This document shows positions 1-12,187 of a stretch of 64,000 bases of DNA, one piece after another. The translations under genes and the position numbers were made by a program. A model generated the notes under the pieces. That model did not search any database. It worked only from the letters and a program-made list of their open reading frames with translations, and was not told the DNA's origin. Origin of the DNA: Raja brachyura (Eukaryota); assembly GCA_963514005.1 (NCBI GenBank), contig OY740797.1:17298001-17362000 (forward strand). The letters run 5' to 3'. Numbering within the stretch: the first letter of the stretch is position 1; the number at the start of each line of letters is the position of its first letter.

Positions 1-1060
1 ACTGCAGTAGTAATGGAAGACGTTTCAAAATGAGACCATGTGATTAGAGTTTGCACACAGAAAGGAGGCAATCGCCTTGCTTGGGGTGTATTACAGACCT
101 CCTAACAGTCCGCAGGAGATTGAGGAGCAGGAATATAGACAGCATCCAGGGAAAGTTGTTACATTGGATTCAAAATTGGCTTAATGTTAGGGGGTAGAGG
201 GTGATGGTGGAGGGTTTTAAATGTGCTTGGAAGGCTGGTGAACCACCGATATGGATGTTTACTGTTTCCTACATATATTAGTGATTTGGATAGTAAATAT
301 AGTAGGTATGGTCGGTAAGTTTGCAGATGACATGAAAATTGGTGCTGTTGTTGACAGTGGGGAGTATATTTGTAGGTGCAGGATGATGCTGATTAGTTGA
401 TAAAGTTATGATACATTTCATGATGGGTAGAGTAATGCAGGTGGAATGTAATCTTGATAAATGCAAGGGAGCACTAATACAGATAGGACATACACAATGA
501 ATGGTGTGGGCTTAAAGGGTATTGAGAAACAGAGTGACCTGAGTGTACAAGCCCACGAAACCTCAAAGTTGGCAGATTAGGTGATATAGATGGGTGAATA
601 TCTGCTGGGACATAGAATATAGGAGCGTGGTATTAAAATTATTGTTTAAGCTACAGGTAGACTGCCATGTTGCTACACTACAGGAAAGATGCTCCCTGGT
701 CTGCTGAGTTCTTCCAGCAGTGTATTTTCCTGCGACAGGAAAGGCATGATTGCACTGGAGAGTGCAGAGCAGATGCATCAGATGCACCCTAGCACAGAGC
801 ATTTCCATTATGAGGAGGGACTGGAGTTTCTGGGATTGTTATCCTTGGGTGGAGGAGACTGAGATGGGTCCTGATTGAGGAATATAAAATGATGAGTGAT
901 GTAGATGGGATGGGATGTGCAATAGAAAACAGTTCCCCGTGGCAGAGATATCTAAAACTAGAAGACATTGGTTGAAGGTAAGGGGTTAGATGTTTCAAGG
1001 TGATCTAAGGAAGAACGTTCTCACCCAGAGGGGTGGTTGAAATCTGGAACACATTGCCTG

Positions 1061-1180
1061 TTAACTTTTATGTGGTTGTGTGTCTTGGTGCTTTTCACTT
1101 AGTATGGCTGTACGGTATTTCAAATTTCACTGCACCTTAATTGGTGCATGTGACAATAAACTGACCTTGAAACATTGAAT
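1061..1180 (+). mobile_element. 3' tail of a Rex1/Babar-like non-LTR element nested in CR1
   Basis: tttcactgcaccttaattggtgcatgtgacaataaa followed by a short repeated tail; related tails at ~4900 (+) and ~28050 (-). Confidence 0.55.
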
Positions 1181-1255
1181 AGGTGATAGCGGCAAGTACT
1201 TTCACAATGTTTATGAAGTATCTAGATGAGCAAATAAATCCTCAAAGCATTCTTT

Positions 1256-1563
1256 GGGCAACACTGTGGCGCAGCGGTAAAGTTGCTGCCTTACAGCTCC
1301 AGAGACCCGGGTTCGATCCTGACTACCGATGCTGTCTGTATGGAGTTTGTATGTTCTCCCCATGACCTGTGAGGGGGTTTTCCGGCTGCTCTAGTTTCCT
1401 CCCACACTTCAAAGACATACAGGTTTGTAGGCTAATTGGCTTGGTAAACTTGTAAATTGTCCCTTGTGTGCAGGATAGTGTTAGTGTGTTGGGATCGCTG
1501 GTTGGCGCGGATACGGTGGGCCAAAGAGCCCGCGCTATATCTCTAAACTAAACTAAACTAAAC
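1256..1563 (+). mobile_element. HE1-type tRNA-derived V-SINE, full length
   Basis: A-box tggcgcagcgg, B-box ggttcgatcc, V-domain ggagtttgtatgttctcccc...tttcctcccac, LINE-derived 3' end, (CTAAA)n tail. Confidence 0.9.
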
Positions 1564-2504
1564 ACAGAAGGCTATGGACCAAGTGCTGGTAAATTGAAAT
1601 AGTATAGAAAGCACTTGATAGATGACATAAACATGGTGAGCCAAAGGAACTGTTTCTGTGCTAAATGATTGTAAGAAAGGTGCTATATTAACGCAGTGTT
1701 ATTTTCTTTCATGAGTTTGGTTTTTGCTAATGATTTACTAATTGCTAATGAATGAGAGCCACTGAATCATTCAAAATGGGACGAGTGCCCTGTCTGTTCA
1801 CTTACCAGATTTAGGCTGTGCACTGTTCATCTTTCTCTTCAGCTTGTGCCTTTCTGTTCTGATCACGGAGATCAATTTTCTTGTCAGTAGAGGTTATAGC
1901 AGGTACATATCAGGCTGATCATGTAACAATGGAAGCCATGCGAGTTCTCTGTTGAGAGACCAAATTGCCAGGCTCCATGGGAGTTCATGCCTTCACAGTC
2001 ACTGATGATGGCTGTACTGATCTTATGCCAATAGAAAACATGCCAATTACAAGCTGAGAGAAACCATGCCCTTTCTGTGCCAAGAGACCAAACTGGTTCC
2101 TGCGGTGCGGCAGCACTTTCCTACGTTAGGTATTCATGGGGCAAATCAACCACATATCTAGAAGAGCCATCACGACATATGCCTTGGAGACTCTGCCAAC
2201 CTTTGCCAGGCTTCTCGTAAATTGAAGTTGCATTAAGAGACCTTGCTCAGTCTATTCCTGGAGAGACCATCTGCTCTCCTGCAGGAGCTGATGCACGTGC
2301 TCAAGTTATATAAACTTTGCAAGTAACTGGCTCCTGTTACAAAACAGTCGCACAGCTTGTCTGATTGCACAGTTGGTGAGAGTGGGATGAAAGTGAACCA
2401 TTGGTTTCAAGATATCCCAAGGTCAGAGTCTCTGCGCACATCTAACATATAGTGGCGTACTCTGAGCTATAGACAGAAAGTTGTTGATCATTTACATCTT
2501 GAGG

Positions 2505-2900
2505 TCAAATCAAGAATGTTTTCTCATTATGTATCCCAAAACAGAACAAGAAAATTATTTTTTGCAGCAGCACAACAGATATGTAAAGATAGTACTCTGT
2601 AAACATCATAATAAGCAATAAAAAAGTTCAGTATTTAAAAACAAACAATAATTGTGGAGAGCAAAAACAAGGCCCCAGATCTATGTAGTTCTGAGCTCAG
2701 TTGGAAGTTGTAGCGTTTAATAGCCTGATGGGTGTTGAGAAGTAGCTGCAACTGAACTTGGATGTTACTGTTTTCAGGTTCCTCCTATACCTTCTTCCCA
2801 ATGGCAGGAGTGAGGTGGGAGAGTGGCCAGGGTGGTGTGGCTCTATGATGATGCTGGCTGCCTTTTTGAGACAGTGACTCTTGTAGATCCCTTCGATGGT
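2505..2900 (-). mobile_element. Rex1/Babar-like LINE 3' fragment
   Basis: tagcctgatgg...tttcaggttcctcctataccttcttcccaatggcagg resembles the antisense of a Rex-type ORF end; its tail resembles the one at 24928-25012. Confidence 0.5.
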
Positions 2901-3559
2901 TGGGTGGACTTGCTACAGTGAGATTACCCAGTGCTGGTAACTGTATACATTGAATGAACTAACAGTCACAACACACAGAGAACACTGGGGTTATGATGAG
3001 TTGCATACTGATAAATTATGGACAGCTACAGAGAATGGATTCTCATCTGGTTATTGTACCACTAGGAAAGCCAAGGTGTGATTGACCCATCTAAGTCAGT
3101 TTTGAGTTCATCTGAATAAAAATTTGTCACAAGAATAAGAAAATCTCACTTGATTTTTCAGTCTGGAAAGAAGAAGAATGGAATTGGTCCCTTTTGGAGA
3201 GCTACATGTGAATATGGACATTGGGTATAGATAGGGTTAAGTCTGGTTCTGAATTACTCTCAGAATAAAATAGGAGGTCTTGCGTATGAGGCCAATTTTT
3301 CCTGCCAGATTTTGTCTGCAGCAAAATTATAAACCCATTTATAGCATGTATTCGAAGACTTTGCTATATTTGGGAAATATTACCTCATGTCAAGCATCCG
3401 TGCATCTCTGGAAAGGGGCGGAGTTTCAGGGGGGAAATTAAAGTATTGTTTCCAGAAGGGAAACAATGAATTGGAAGAAATTATACCTTTTTTAGGGCTT
3501 CAAATTAAATACAACTTTTTTAAAAAAGTGATAAATATTTTATTCCTGTTTGAAGCAAT

Positions 3560-4145
3560 GAACCACCTTCTTGCGAATTGGAGATTTTTCTTTAAGCAAG
3601 AAAATGATCAAGCTGCCTGAAAGGGTGGAGGGACAGATTCAATGATAACGCTCAAGGAAGATTGAATAAATGCTTGGAAATGAAACACAAGTCTGTGAGA
3701 TTATTGAGAAATTGTCAAGGGATGGGGTTAATCGGAACACTCTTCCAAAACAATTGGCACATGTACAATGGTTAGAATTACTTTTTCTACTTTAACACTG
3801 AGTTTGTTGGTTTATCTAATCTTGTTTCCGTCGCGGGAGAGTCTGGAATGAGAGGGCAAAGTTACAAGATCAAGCAGTGGCCATTCAAAACTTCACCCAG
3901 ACGATGGCCAATCCCTAGAATTCTTTCGCCCAGAAGGTTGTGGAGGCTTGATCACTGGGATATTTAAAGAGGAGCTAGATATTTTTTTTGAGAGGTCACA
4001 GAATTGGGGCACTGGGTAACTGGCACAGAAGATGAGCAGAAAGGAAGCGTGGATCAGAATGGGCCATTATCATATTGAAGGGCAGGCAGGCTAGAGGAGC
4101 TGAGTGGCCTCCTCCTGCTCATCTTTTATATCTTTTTATGTTCTA
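3560..4145 (+). mobile_element. Two decayed CR1-type LINE 3' ends
   Basis: agaaggttgtggaggc...tatttaaagaggagctagat...ggcaggctagaggagctgagtggcctcctcctgctc: CR1 3' UTR signature. Confidence 0.7.
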
Positions 4146-4709
4146 ATATATACTGGGCGAAGGCTCATTCATAGAAATATTTCATTCCTCTTTATGCTGA
4201 AACAAGAAGGGATTCCTTCCATTGAGAAGATCAGTAAGTCTTTCCTGAATGCTTTCCCAACAATTTGGTGGCTTTTGCGTATCTGTGTTTTGCTAAGGCA
4301 GGCTGATGATTTTACAAACCTTCTCAAGCATTTAGCAGAGGAGAAAGACTCATTTTGTTCTTGTATGTTACCCAAACCAAGAATAGAACCTTATATTTCT
4401 GACTAGAAGAGTCCACTGTTGGTAAATGTTGAACACTGACCTATCTCTTTCACACATGGCTTCCTGAAAAACCAAACACTCTCTGGTATCATTCATCAGA
4501 AAATGTCAAAGGAACAATGCTAGAGGGAGATTAGTGCCAATTATTTTTAGTCAATAGGATACACTGAAATTGCAAATTTGTACTTATTTAAGTTCACGCT
4601 CTACATTACACTTTATCACACCGAATATTATTTTGAAGCATGGTCACTTTTGTCAGTATGATTAGGAGAGGAAATGTTGCATTCACCTTGCACTAGTGAG
4701 CCTCCAATA

Positions 4710-4953
4710 GATATCTCACAGCAACCAGAGAGCAGTCCTGAACTACTATCAGACTATCTTTGATCAGACTTTAATGGCTTTACCTTGCACTAAACATTAT
4801 TCCCTTGTGAATACAGATACATGAATACATACTGTGAATGTACAGATACATGATTGTAATTATGTATTGTCTTTCCACTGGCTGGTTAGCATGCAACAAA
4901 AGCTTTTCACTGTACCCCGGTACACGTGACAATAAACAAAGCTAAACTGAACT
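4710..4953 (+). mobile_element. Rex1/Babar-like 3' end inserted in an old Deu-domain SINE relic
   Basis: gcaacaaaagcttttcactgtaccccggtacacgtgacaataaac plus tail; flanks at 4600-4710 and 4955-5055 resemble an antisense DeuSINE. Confidence 0.55.
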
Positions 4954-5559
4954 GCTTCCAACAGCGTTGTCTCTGATTATTGTGCTCACATCTCTTATTG
5001 GCTTCAGACCACTTAGTCTTCAGACTCAGAGTCAAGGAGCTGAGCTTTGGCTGACATTAATTATATGCCAATTTCTTGAGATCTCTGCTGCTCTGATAGG
5101 AACATGATCTTGACTCGATCCGTCATCTATCCATGTTCTCCAGAGATGCGGTCTGACCCACTGAGATACACCAGCATTTTGTGTCTTTTTTGTAAACTGG
5201 CCTTTACAGTTCCTCATTTCTACTCTTTTCTGGGATGTCTTTGTTTGGATGCCCAAGTTCATCCCTTTGACCAACTTTTTATGTCACCCTGTATTAAATC
5301 TCTTCCTTTCTAGCCTGGCTTCCATTTCCCGTGTGTCTCTTTATGTGTGTACAGTTTATAAAAGCAGAGTTGTGTAAGTGAAACTGATGTACACTGGGGT
5401 GACATTTACAATGAATTCAACCTTTAATGGAGTGTAAAGCTGACTGAAGGGGAGTTTCAGAGTTGTATCTCTGAAATCAGTGTGCGGTTTTGTATTTTGA
5501 ATGAGACACGAGAGTCCCTTTCATTAAATAACCTCTACAGCAGTCAAACCTTTATGGAT

Positions 5560-5700
5560 CTTCTTCTTCTTGCATATGGCGTGCACAGCCTAAAGTCGTA
5601 GGACAACTTGTTCTATTTGATCTTATTTGATTGTGCACGCTGGGTTGATTGCATTCCTCGAAACCGGGCAGACCACGTGAAGGTTGCAATCTTCCACCCC
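5560..5700 (-). mobile_element. Complete 141-nt non-autonomous non-LTR element (Vingi/Ingi- or RTE-like) with an HDV-like ribozyme head and (GAA)n tail
   Basis: 13-bp TSD with one mismatch (aacctttatggat 5547-5559 / aacatttatggat 5701-5713). The minus strand starts GGGGTGG, ends ccatatgc(aag)n and has a 3' stem gcgtgcaca/tgtgcacgc. Confidence 0.85.
5647..5700 (-). ncRNA. HDV/CPEB3-like self-cleaving ribozyme fold (this copy probably inactivated)
   Basis: P1 GGGGUGG/CUGCCCG, P2 GAUUGCA/UGCAAUC, P3 ACC/GGU, L3 UUCACGU, GU, mini-P4 with UUCG, J4/2 GGAA (C expected at 5657). Confidence 0.8.
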
Positions 5701-5826
5701 AACATTTATGGATAGAAAAGATCTTGAGGAATGTGGGCAGGTGGGACTAGTATGGATGGGGCATGTTGGTCGGTGTAGGCAAGTTGGGACGAAGGACCTG
5801 TTTCCATGCTGCATCACTCTATGACA
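5701..5826 (+). mobile_element. CR1/HER1 LINE 3' end
   Basis: ggcatgttggtcggtgtaggcaagttgggacgaaggacctgtttccatgctg...ctctatgac terminal motif. Confidence 0.8.
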
Positions 5827-6407
5827 GGATAGGATGCCGTTATACAGTAGCTGGTCTATTATTGTGGAGACAGATTTTCTTAGTATGAATTAGATGCAAG
5901 TCTGACCTTGGGACAAGGGCAGGACTATTCTTACCTATGTCTGACGAGTAGGTGTGAAGTGCCTTCTGACGCACTAACCTGAGAACAAGAGCAACCTGAA
6001 ATGCTTCCGTTTTATTCCATCTGTTTAGAAAGTGATGAAGGGAGTAATATTGTGATTCGTGCATTGGGAAATGGGTGAATGATGTTGTAATTGGCAGCAA
6101 TTAACAGATTGCATTAGATTTGGTTCTTGCCTTGGTGATTAAATGAATACCATAGACTCTCATTGGGCTTCAACATTATCTATCCCTTGATAGGTGATGT
6201 AGGTAAGGACATGAGGGACAAAGGATTAGAAGGATGTGCTGATGAAGTTTTCATTATTGGGGTAGGAGAAAGCTCACTTGCATTGTAAGCACAGAGCATT
6301 AGGGACCCAATGACCCACTTCTGCATTATATTCCGTAATTTTAGAGAGTGTTGTCCACCCTTATGGTTGCAGCTGCAGGGTAAAATCAGCATTTGGAAAC
6401 TGGATAT

Positions 6408-6628
6408 GTATAAGAAAGAACTGCGGATGCCGGAAAAATCGAAGGCAATCAACAAATGCTGAAGAAACTCAGTGGGTGAGGCAGCATCTATGGAGAGAAG
6501 GCATTGGCGACATTTCGGGTCGAGACCCTTCTTCAGACTGAAGAAGGACCTCGACCTGAGACGTTGCCAATTCATCTCTCCATAGATGCTGCCTCACTCG
6601 CTGAGTTTCTCCAGCATTGTTTGTCTAT
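6408..6628. mobile_element. Inverted dimer of the Penelope-derived short unit with hammerhead cores on both strands
   Basis: Inverted repeat centred at 6537 (cttcttcag-a-ctgaagaag) with ~90-bp arms. Confidence 0.85.
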
Positions 6629-8472
6629 TTAGGAACTGGATATGGTTTGTAAATATTATTAACGCTAGTTTACAGGATTATAATCCAGCAATGTGCTCAG
6701 CACAGGAGATTTGAGAAAGGTAATCCAGGATATGGCTTGAAACAGAACATCCATGGCATCAATTCATGAGCAGAGCAAAAGGGGGCAGTGCTGATGGTTA
6801 ACCCGATGGACATCTGTAGAGACACCATTAACAGCCGAGAGTTGACCAGAGCTCTGTGAGAGTGGGGACTGCAGTCGGGCTCTGCGGTTGTCAAACTATA
6901 TTGTTTTATTGGAATTTGAGGCAGAGCGATAGCTTGCGGTCCGCAGGGCAGTGTTTTTTAGTGCTATCAGTTACTGGTACGTCCCGTCCACAGGCCGATG
7001 ACAACTACTCAATGCCAGACTTCTACAAAATGACAACGAAATAAGAGCAGCTGCTGAAAAGAAATGTGATTAAATGACATTAGGCCAAGTTCCATTTATA
7101 TTTAATAGCAGGATTTGTACATCTGGACAGAGGAAAAAGCAACGTGGATTGCCGACGTGGGGATTGGCAACAGATAGAGATTACTGATTAAAAGTACCTG
7201 CCAGGATTTGCCCATGGCTTTTGATTTTGAGAAAGAAATGCAGCTGTTTGAGGATAAGTGGGTTGATTTGAGGTCTGCAAAGTAAAATGTGCTTCAGAAC
7301 CCTCTGGTGTGTGCTTGTACGTAGCAGACGAGTGATGGGATGTGCAGAATAGCAACAATAGCAGAATAGCACCAGCAGACACTAAACCATTGGATGCTCT
7401 CAGTGCAGAGAGAGGCTCTCTAGTTAATTGTGTTTGTGCCAAGTCTTTGCCAAAAAATCCAAAACCAATCCCACTGCCCTCCCCTCTCTGCACACACATT
7501 TGTTGTTGTTTCAAATGTTTATTCACGTCCCTTAAAATAAAACCTATTGATATTAGATTGATATCAGTTTCTCCCAGTCGTAAACTATTTCATACTTTCA
7601 ATACAAAACACCAAGATAGTTTTCATAACCTCTCCGCTCACTCCTGGGAATTTTTTTTTTAATTGCCTATTCCCCATTTCCCTGTGAAATCGGCTCAAGC
7701 CCGGTTGAGAATCTTAGAGTTGTTACTCAAGTGCAGGACCGAGGGAGTAGTGGCTTTTAAACAAGAGGATCCCCATTCCTTTCCATCAGGTCATAAAACG
7801 AGCAAGGTGCCATTCATTCACTGATGAAGAGCAAGGGCGTTTTCCCCATCGTCATTCATTAATAAATACAATGACTACTTGCTGTTCCTGTGACAGTTTT
7901 GCCAGATAAAGATGTCTTGACCTTTTCAAGATTCTGATTTGATTAAGAAGCTTGCGTGTGGCCTTGCATTATTTCTGCTCCATCTGTTACTTGCTCCCTA
8001 GGCAGAGTATCCTTCTATTTCTAGTGTTCTATTTCTTGATTTTTTTTTCTCTCCTTATGCTAAATTTACTACTTGGAACCTGAACTCAACACTCTCCCGA
8101 TCTCCCTGGCGCTACAACATTCTGGTCAATTACCTTCCACCACAATGATACATACAGAATAAATTGCAATACATCATTGTTAAAGAGACCCCAGCCAGCT
8201 TTTCTTTTACATTGATGGTTATACACATCAATTAATGTTTGTCCATTAATCTTTTAAATAGTTAGAAGATGAAGGGTGGTACAGCGATGGTTTAGGCAGA
8301 TCTAAAAGCATAGCAGTTTAGGCCCCGCATTTGGGCTCAATTAATTCTTCCAGTCGTTTCATTTCTGAAGGTTATTTTGGGGGATTTTAATCCTGGTACT
8401 GAATCTCTATAAATGTTGAGTATTCGTTGCTAATAAGACCCAATAAAGTACACTATCGGAAACTTGAACCAT

Positions 8473-8680
8473 GGCCACAGTGGCACACGGGTAGAGTTGC
8501 TGCCTTACAGCGCTTGCAGCGCCAGAGACCCTGGTTTGATCCCGAATATGGGTGCCGTTTGTACGGCGTTTGTACGTTCACCCCATGACCGCCTGTGTTT
8601 TCTCCGAGATCTTCAGTTTCCTCCCACATTCGTTGGGCTGAAGGGCATGTTTCCGTGCTCTAAACTAAACTAAGCTAAAC
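8473..8680 (+). mobile_element. HE1-type V-SINE with internal deletion
   Basis: tRNA head, V-domain and ctaaactaaac tail; middle section missing. Confidence 0.85.
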
Positions 8681-8699
8681 ATTTGTCCAATTTGACTAG

Positions 8700-9900
8700 A
8701 TTCATTTCTCAAGTATACATTCAGTTGATAAGTTTTCGAACCATGTTGTGTAAATAAGTGGTATGAATTTCTGCTGCGAGTGTAGGAAACAAATTTCCAA
8801 TTATAAACAGTTGATGACTCAGGACAATGAAATGTTATAAATGTCACATAACTGTTCTTTAGTATTTTTAAATTTGCAATGACACAACCATATTGCTCGT
8901 ATTGCAGTTTATAGATGTCTTGGTCAAAACAAAATATTTTGGCAAGGGAAATATATCTATAAAAAATGGTCAATATAACTCTTTGGCTTTCTCTTAATTT
9001 CCAAGGTTTTCTGCTTCCCTTTATGTGGAGTCTTATTTTATCATCACCAATAATTACTTGTTCCATCTCTGGCCTGCAAAAGTTCTAATCGTTCCCACTT
9101 GGAAGCTTGGAGAGACAGGACAGCTTCCAAATATCTCCAATCTGCGCCTGATGCAGATCAATTGCATAACTGTTGCAGTGATTAATCAACAGCTCTGCTC
9201 CACCTGTATCATTCTACAAAGATTTTGGACGGTAAATTAAAGAGACCTTGGGCCGTCTTGCCTAATAATTCATTTTTATTGGCCAATAATTCCTCCATAC
9301 AATGTTGTCATTCCTTTTCAATATTAACACTTCATTTTACAGTGTAAAGAAAAATAAATGTGACCCATAATATCATTCAGAATGAACATCCTTGCGTTCT
9401 TAGTGCATCCTTGAAAACACGTTGCCACTTATGTTTTTCTTTCTACCCTAATTATTGGAACGTCCATGTCAGAATATGAAGACAATCTTCATCCTTGAAT
9501 GATAGAAGGGAATACATCCTTTACTCTACAAATTAATGACCCACGACCAAAAATCACAGTTTCCCCAAAGACCACTGTGCAGCCACAATGCCTTTTGATT
9601 TTGTTGGCGTACCATTTATTTTGAAAGGTTACAGATAAAGTTTTCTTCCAATACTGTTCAAAAAGTTGAAGGCTTCAAAGAACCAAGATCTGTTCTTGTG
9701 TGTTTAATGAGGGGGAGCCAGTGTGTCCAGAATTAACAGTTACTCATTTCAACTATAATTGGATTCCAGAGACCATAAAGATGTCCAGCACACACACCTT
9801 ATGCTTTGGGCAAGTAGACTCTCAGTACCAGATCAAGCTGCACAGGTTAATATTGTTGAGCATTCAGATTTAGAACAATACAATGAAGTGCTTGAAGGCA
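8700..9900 (-). mobile_element. Possible very old LINE (L1/Tx1-like ORF2 C-terminus) fossil
   Basis: The minus strand gives interrupted, Trp/Cys-containing coding-like text (e.g. KHKWQRVF, GSCPVSP); no intact motif. Confidence 0.25.
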
Positions 9901-10679
9901 AGAAGATAGGGAAATATTAAAAATATATAAAACAGTTCACAGGAGTTTTAAAAATATTTTACAAAATTGCAGCAGTTTCTTTGTAGATTTCTACAAAGCA
10001 GAAGTCACGTAACATTTCAATTCTAAGTTCAGATCCCAAAATAGAATTAAATCTGCTCTATCAGAACCATAATTTATGTCAAGTGAAACTTTTCTGGGTT
10101 ACAGTAAAGCTGTAGATCAGTAGGTATTCTGAGAGTAATTTTATTTATCCCTTGTGGAGAGAGTTTAATGTCAGGATGTAACCGTCTATCAGCAGAAAGC
10201 TTTCATTTCTGCTTTAATTAAATTTCTCCATCCTTGTGTATACTAACTATCACACATTAACATGTTGCACATCCTGTCCAACATAAGTATTAATCAATCT
10301 TTGAGTAGAGGTGATGATACAAGGAGAATTTACCCAGGACAGAAATTTCTAATAATCAGACAATGTCTGAGCTTTGATTATAGAATCCTCTATCAAATTT
10401 CCAGATCTGTCTAGTTCTCTAATGGCTGCCTAATGCCTGCCTCAATTAAGCAAAGATTTCCTTATAATTCAAGCTTATCTTCAACATTTTTTTAATCCTA
10501 AACATGTACAATTCCACATTTCCTTCTCCAGTTTCATAAACCTGGCATTTTTCCATTTTCCATTATTAGTATTCCGCCTCATCCATAACATGCATGTCAA
10601 AGGAATACTGTTATACCTTGGTCCTTGTCAGTTGTAGCATTGAAGTGCATTCATTTAATATGCTAGGCAAGTGATAATA

Positions 10680-11230
10680 TTCTTACCACTGCATTGAATA
10701 ATGAGGGCAGTACCAGTCAACTTATCCCCCATGATATCAATATAGCAGTTCCTAAGGCTTAGACATCTTCAACTGCTTCGTCAAAGTCATACCTTGAACC
10801 AGAATTTCAGGCATGGAGTTGTTTGCATGTTCAGTTCCGTTCTCAGCTAATGTAGTTGTGGCCTATGTGCATCAAACCCGAGGGAATAATGAGACTTTTG
10901 CTGACAAGTCATATTTCCATGACTTTGTTAAGAAACAGCCATATTATTACTAGAATCAAACCCGAACCATCAACATCCTGGAGGCCACCATTAACCAGAG
11001 CCCTGATATAAATATCATGGCCAAGAAAACATTGTGCATGAAACCTCATAAAATGTGAAGCATCACTCGTGAAGTGACTGTCATTCACGAAAGAGCCAGC
11101 TTTGACCAATTCTGAAGGTATGGCAACAATCATATTTGAAGGCCAGTCCACCATCCACCTGCAGTCATCACCAGCCTCACTCTGCACAATGAACATCTCA
11201 ATGAAACACTCTTGCATCTACAAACACCTT
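10680..11230 (+). mobile_element. Decayed CR1/L2-clade reverse transcriptase fragment
   Basis: gcagttcctaagg...catcttcaactgcttcgtcaaag...ggagttgtttgcatg resembles a degenerate GVPQGS/IFSCFIND/MFADD series. Confidence 0.45.
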
Positions 11231-11948
11231 GTCACAGCCAATATCTACACCTAACACACATCTTCACAGATGGCATGGACCTCAATTCACCATCTCCAGG
11301 GCATCTCAGAGACCATTCCATAGGAAGCATACAGGATGCCAGCACTGTTTACAAGGAGCCACTGTCTTATCACAATACTAATGTCTGTCTAGGCTGTACT
11401 TCCCCAAGATAATCCTCAAGGAGGTCTATGCTCATAAAATCTCACGTGCAAGCGCACATATGTTCCTGGACAGCACGTGGTCGAGGTCCATGTCTCTGTT
11501 AGTGAATTACAAATGTTCTCAAATGGGTCATAAGATATATGATCAGTATAACATGGATCAGGAGTAGTAAACTCAGCCACTCAAGCCTGCTCTACCGTTT
11601 AATACGATCATAATTGATCTAACTGCAACTCAACTTCAAATACCCATCTCCCCAAAACTAAGCCTTCAATCTCTTGCTAATCAACGATCTATTTAACCAG
11701 CCCGAAATATATCCCTTTGCTTTCGCTGATCTGCGAGGAAGAGAGTTGCAGAGACTGAGGACCCGCTGAAAGAGGTGCACCTGGAAGATTGGCTTGCTTT
11801 GTAGGTATTTGGCCTCTGACATTATCTCAAGGGAAAAGTCAATGTAATTTAAATGAGGAATGAAGTTGCTGTTTTTCCAAGGATGGATCGTGATGACAAA
11901 CAGACTTTCTCAACAATGCCTCGGGTTCTGAGTAAGCCCCTGTTGCTA

Positions 11949-12187
11949 CATAGAAACATTAAAAAATAGAAAAATAGGTGCAGGAGTAGGCTATTTGGCC
12001 CTTTGAGTCATCACCGCTATTCAATATGATCATGGTTGATCATCCAAAATCAGTACCCCATTCCTGTTTTTTCCCCATATCCCTTGATTCCTTTAGCCCA
12101 AAGAGCTAAATCTAACTCTCTCTTGAAAACATCCAGTGAATTGGCCTCCACTACCTTCTGTGGCAGAGAATTCCACAGATTCACAAC
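11949..12187 (-). mobile_element. CR1-type LINE 3' end
   Basis: catagaaa tail, aggtgcaggagtaggc, ggcagagaattccacagattcac. Confidence 0.85.

Larger units (their letters stand above)
1..1671 (+). mobile_element. Decayed CR1/HER1-type LINE (ORF2 fragments plus 3' end) with nested insertions
   Basis: ggggtgtattacagacctcctaacagt (GVYYRPPNS, endonuclease motif); aagtttgcagatgacatgaaaatt (KFADDMKI) at ~317; CR1-type 3' UTR to ~1670; many stops. Confidence 0.85.

Noticed and set aside
1256-1330. tRNA-like A/B boxes (also in other SINE heads)
   Set aside because: These are SINE heads followed by a V-domain and LINE tail, not tRNA genes with a complete cloverleaf.
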